Shown: positions 60,951 to 64,000 of the stretch, piece by piece
How positions within the stretch are numbered: the stretch's first letter is position 1
Layout of the letters: each line of letters opens with the position of its first letter
From: Armatimonadota bacterium
Lineage (GTDB): Bacteria > Sysuimicrobiota > Sysuimicrobiia > Sysuimicrobiales > Humicultoraceae
Length of the DNA: 64,000 bases
NCBI GenBank assembly: GCA_037443365.1
Contig: JBBIOM010000004.1
Coordinates: forward strand, 32,001 to 96,000
Reading direction: 5' to 3'
Program-made: the position numbers and the translations under genes
The notes under the pieces: generated by a model
What the model saw: the letters and a program-made list of their open reading frames with translations, nothing else
Databases searched by the model: none
Told to the model about the DNA's origin: nothing

Positions 60951-63412
60951 CGGCTCGCGAAACCTCCTGTCGGGATGGTGCCTGCGGGCCTGTATCCCCG
61001 GAGCCGCAGGCTGTTGCCGACGACCGTCACCGAGCTGAATGCCATGGCCAGCGCAGCCAGGGCCGGGTTCAGCATCACGCCCAGAACAGGATACAGCACC
61101 CCGGCGGCCACCGGAATCAGGGCGACGTTGTAGGCGAATGCCCAGAACAGGTTCTGGCGTATGGTTCGCATCGTCCTGCGGCTAAGCGCAATCGCCGAGA
61201 GGACACCGCGCAGGTCGTCCCCGATCAGCACGATGCCGGCCGACTCGATGGCGACGTCGGTCCCGGCCCCAATCGCGATGCCCAGGTCCGCGCGCGCCAG
61301 GGCCGGCGCGTCGTTGATGCCGTCGCCCACCATGGCCACGACATGCCCTTCCCGCTGCATGGCGCCGACCTGGGCAGCCTTCTCGTCCGGCCTGACCTCG
61401 GCCAGAACGCGGTCTACCCCTACCTGCGACGCGATCGCCTCGGCGGTGCGCCGGTTGTCCCCGGTGAGCATCACCACCTGGAGCCCCATGCCGCGGAGCG
61501 CTGCCACGACTTCCCTGCTGGCCGGCTTCAGGGTATCGGCCACGCCGATGACGCCGGCCGCCTGCCCGTTCACGGCCACATGCATCGGCGTCCTACCTTC
61601 CTCCGCCAGGCCGGCCGCGCGCGCGTCCAGGACCGCCGGCGAGATCCCGTGGCGCAAGAGCAGCACGGCGTTGCCCACAAGGACCCGCTGCCCGTCCACG
61701 GTCGCCACTATGCCCTCGCCAGGGATGGCCTCAAACGCGGCGGGCTCGCCGAGGTCTATCCCGTCAGCGCGCGCACGGGCGACGATTGCCTCGCCGACGG
61801 GATGCTCGCTCCCGCGCTCGGCCGTTCCGGCCAGACGGAGCAGCGTGCCCGCATCGAACCCTTGGCCCGGGAGGATGTCGGTCACGGCGGGCGTCCCGCG
61901 CGTGAGCGTGCCCGTCTTGTCGAGCACGACGGCGGTGATGCGGTGTGCGGTCTCCAGGGCCTCGCCGCCCCGAATGAGGATCCCGGCCTCGGCTCCCCTC
62001 CCGGTTCCCACCATGATCGCCGTAGGGGTGGCCAGCCCCAGCGCGCACGGGCATGCAATGATGAGCACAGCCACGAAGCCGACGAGCGCATAGGTCAGCG
62101 CGGGTTGCGGGCCGAACCTCAGCCATGCAGCCGCGGTGATCAACGCGATCACGATCACGACGGGCACGAAGTAGGCGGCCACACGATCGGCGAGGCGCTG
62201 AATGGGCGCCTTGCTGCCCTGGGCCTCCTCGACCAGCCGGATGATCTGCGCCAGGGCGGTATCGCGCCCCACCTTCGTGGCGCGGAACCGGAACGTTCCG
62301 GTGCGGTTGAGCGTCGCGCCTATGACCGCGCCGCCAGCGGCCTTCTCCGCGGGCATGGACTCCCCGGTTATCATGGATTCGTCCACCGTGGAGAACCCGT
62401 CGAGCACGACCCCGTCCGCGGGGATCTTCTCCCCCGGGCGCACGACCACGACGTCGCCCGCCTGCACGTCCTCAACCGGGACGTCGGTCTCGGATCCGTC
62501 CCGCACCACGCGGGCGGTCCGAGGCTGCAATCGCATCAGACGGCGGATGGCGTCACCCGTGCGGCCTCTGGCGCGGGATTCCAGATAGCGTCCGAGCAGA
62601 ACGAAGACGATGATTATCGAGGAGGTCTCGAAGTAGACGGACGGCGCGATGGCCCCACCCGCGAACCACCCCGGGAAGAAGGTGGCGGCGACGCTGTACA
62701 GGTACGCCGCCGAGGTGCCCACCGCGATGAGCGTGTTCATGTCGGCCGTTCCGTGCCTGGCCGCGGCCCACATCCCCCGGTAGAATCGCCAGCCGGCCCA
62801 GATCTGCACCGGGGTCGCCAGGACGAACTGCACCACCCAGTTGTGAAGCAACGCGGGCGCCGGGACGCGCACTCCCATGTGGGGCAGACTGCCCCAGAGA
62901 ATGGGGAGGCTCAAGGCCGTCGCGCCGATCAGGCGCGTGAGCAGAGCGCCCTGCTCACGCGCCCGGCGCTCGGCCTCGCGGTCGACGCCCCTCTCCTCGG
63001 GGGTCAGCGGCTCGTAGCCCGCGCTGCGCACCGCGCGCTCCAGATCGCCGGACGCGGCGACGCCGGGGATGAACTCGACCGTCGCCTGCTCGTGCGCCAG
63101 GTTCACCGAGGCAGCCAACACACCGTCCACCGCGAGCAAGGCGTCCTCGACGCGGCCGACGCAGGAGGCGCAGGACATCCCGGCAATGGGAATGACGGCT
63201 CGCTGGCTCGGAACCTCGTAGCCGACCCTGCGCACGGCCGCGGCCAGGTCGCCCACGGTCACCTGGCCTGGATCGAAGGAAACCGAGGCGCGCTCCGAGG
63301 CAAGGTTGACCTGCGCCGCGACCACCCCGGGAGTCCGGCGCAGGGCCCCCTCGACCCTGGCGACGCAGGAGGCGCAGGACATCCCCTCCACAGGCAGCGC
63401 GAGCCGCTTCAT
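60947..63412 (-). CDS. copA: Cu(I)-transporting P1B-type ATPase
   Basis: Two GMSCASC HMA domains; TGES, CPC, DKTGT, SEHP, GDGIND and YN...MAFSS motifs. Confidence 0.95.
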   Translation of the reverse strand: MKRLALPVEGMSCASCVARVEGALRRTPGVVAAQVNLASERASVSFDPGQVTVGDLAAAVRRVGYEVPSQRAVIPIAGMSCASCVGRVEDALLAVDGVLAASVNLAHEQATVEFIPGVAASGDLERAVRSAGYEPLTPEERGVDREAERRAREQGALLTRLIGATALSLPILWGSLPHMGVRVPAPALLHNWVVQFVLATPVQIWAGWRFYRGMWAAARHGTADMNTLIAVGTSAAYLYSVAATFFPGWFAGGAIAPSVYFETSSIIIVFVLLGRYLESRARGRTGDAIRRLMRLQPRTARVVRDGSETDVPVEDVQAGDVVVVRPGEKIPADGVVLDGFSTVDESMITGESMPAEKAAGGAVIGATLNRTGTFRFRATKVGRDTALAQIIRLVEEAQGSKAPIQRLADRVAAYFVPVVIVIALITAAAWLRFGPQPALTYALVGFVAVLIIACPCALGLATPTAIMVGTGRGAEAGILIRGGEALETAHRITAVVLDKTGTLTRGTPAVTDILPGQGFDAGTLLRLAGTAERGSEHPVGEAIVARARADGIDLGEPAAFEAIPGEGIVATVDGQRVLVGNAVLLLRHGISPAVLDARAAGLAEEGRTPMHVAVNGQAAGVIGVADTLKPASREVVAALRGMGLQVVMLTGDNRRTAEAIASQVGVDRVLAEVRPDEKAAQVGAMQREGHVVAMVGDGINDAPALARADLGIAIGAGTDVAIESAGIVLIGDDLRGVLSAIALSRRTMRTIRQNLFWAFAYNVALIPVAAGVLYPVLGVMLNPALAALAMAFSSVTVVGNSLRLRGYRPAGTIPTGGFASR

Positions 63413-63419
63413 CTCAACG

Positions 63420-63761
63420 TCAGTGTCTGCGCGCGCGCCCAGCGCCGGCCGGCCGGACCCGGCTTGACGTCTTGAAGACCTCAAGCAGCTCCGCAATGGT
63501 GCGCTCGCGCACGCGCGCGTTACTCGAGCGTATCGCGGTCGTTGCACAGTGCTCCAGGTGGTCCTCGAGCAGCATGGAGTTCACCTTGTCCAGGGCACGT
63601 TGTACGGCCTGAACCTGCCGTATCACGTCGATGCAGTAGGCGTCTTCCACCACCATGCGTTCTATCCCGCCCACGTGCCCGGCGATGCTGCGAAGACGCA
63701 CCAGTATCTTCCGGCGCTTGCCGGCCGATCCGTGCTTCACCGCTGGCACAACGGTCTCCAC
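63420..63761 (-). CDS. csoR: CsoR-family copper-sensing repressor
   Basis: [17 protein letters not shown] and HLEHC (Cys-His-Cys ligand set); GAGGAG RBS. Confidence 0.9.
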   Translation of the reverse strand: METVVPAVKHGSAGKRRKILVRLRSIAGHVGGIERMVVEDAYCIDVIRQVQAVQRALDKVNSMLLEDHLEHCATTAIRSSNARVRERTIAELLEVFKTSSRVRPAGAGRARRH

Positions 63762-63784
63762 GGGGTGCTCCTCCTCGCCTAATG

Positions 63785-63847
63785 TACCCCTCCCCCCATG
63801 GGGGAGGGGTTCTCATTCAGAGTAGTCCACCCGTGTGGCAATGTCAA
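63785..63847 (-). promoter_or_regulatory. csoR-copA promoter and probable CsoR operator
   Basis: TTGACA (63842-63847), 17-bp spacer, TACTCT (63819-63824) on minus; C/G-tract inverted repeat ACCCCTCCCCC-CAT-GGGGGAGGGGT (63786-63810) just downstream of the predicted +1. Confidence 0.82.
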
Positions 63848-64000
63848 CGGGCGCGCGCTCTGCACCGGCCTCCCTGCGGATGGCTGCACCGCGCGGGTCA
63901 CCTCTGCCCGTGGTGACAAGGGCCTGCCTTTGCGAGAGAATGAAGAACGACACCGCCAGCAGACACCGGGAGCGTGGAGGACCATGGGCCAGAACACCCC

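Noticed and set aside
63779-63997. 72-aa ORF upstream of csoR
   Set aside because: It overlaps the clear promoter and operator and shows no protein motif

Overview
A high-GC bacterial chromosome segment with Terrabacteria-type features (Cheo-type LexA boxes, a T-box, RNase Y); I cannot fix the exact lineage from sequence alone. The window appears to span the replication terminus. A 28-bp dif-like site lies at 38272-38299; 30 of the 33 CDSs to its left are on +, and all 19 CDSs and 3 tRNAs to its right are on -. The left arm carries a nucleoside-type ABC transporter, rodZ-cinA-thpR, a LexA-boxed recA-recX-helicase/nuclease-rmuC unit and rny-ymdB. A selenium/sulfur-respiration block follows (selA, selB, selC, a two-component system, an atypical receiver, psrABC-like genes and an exported rhodanese), then mutS-mutL-miaA-dapL-hflX and lexA. 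The right arm carries two enoyl-CoA hydratases, a SPOR protein, T-box valS, tig-clpP-clpX-lon, tRNAs, an orphan ABC binding protein, ugpBAE, dmpA, a DHOD-like gene with nifJ, and csoR-copA-copZ-tlpA. Two observations stand out. (1) The psrA-like gene, split in the ORF track, reads as one 762-aa selenoprotein: it has an in-frame UGA at 25423 with a SECIS-like hairpin, and the Sec lies in a Gly/Pro-rich segment rather than at the Mo-ligand position, which is still Cys. (2) A promoter-proximal leader at 50823-50865 (-) matches only the 3' half of an FMN riboswitch aptamer, with compensatory changes. It is followed by a terminator-like hairpin and an RBS-occluding hairpin, upstream of an orphan ABC binding protein. 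No CRISPR array, integrase or transposase was seen.
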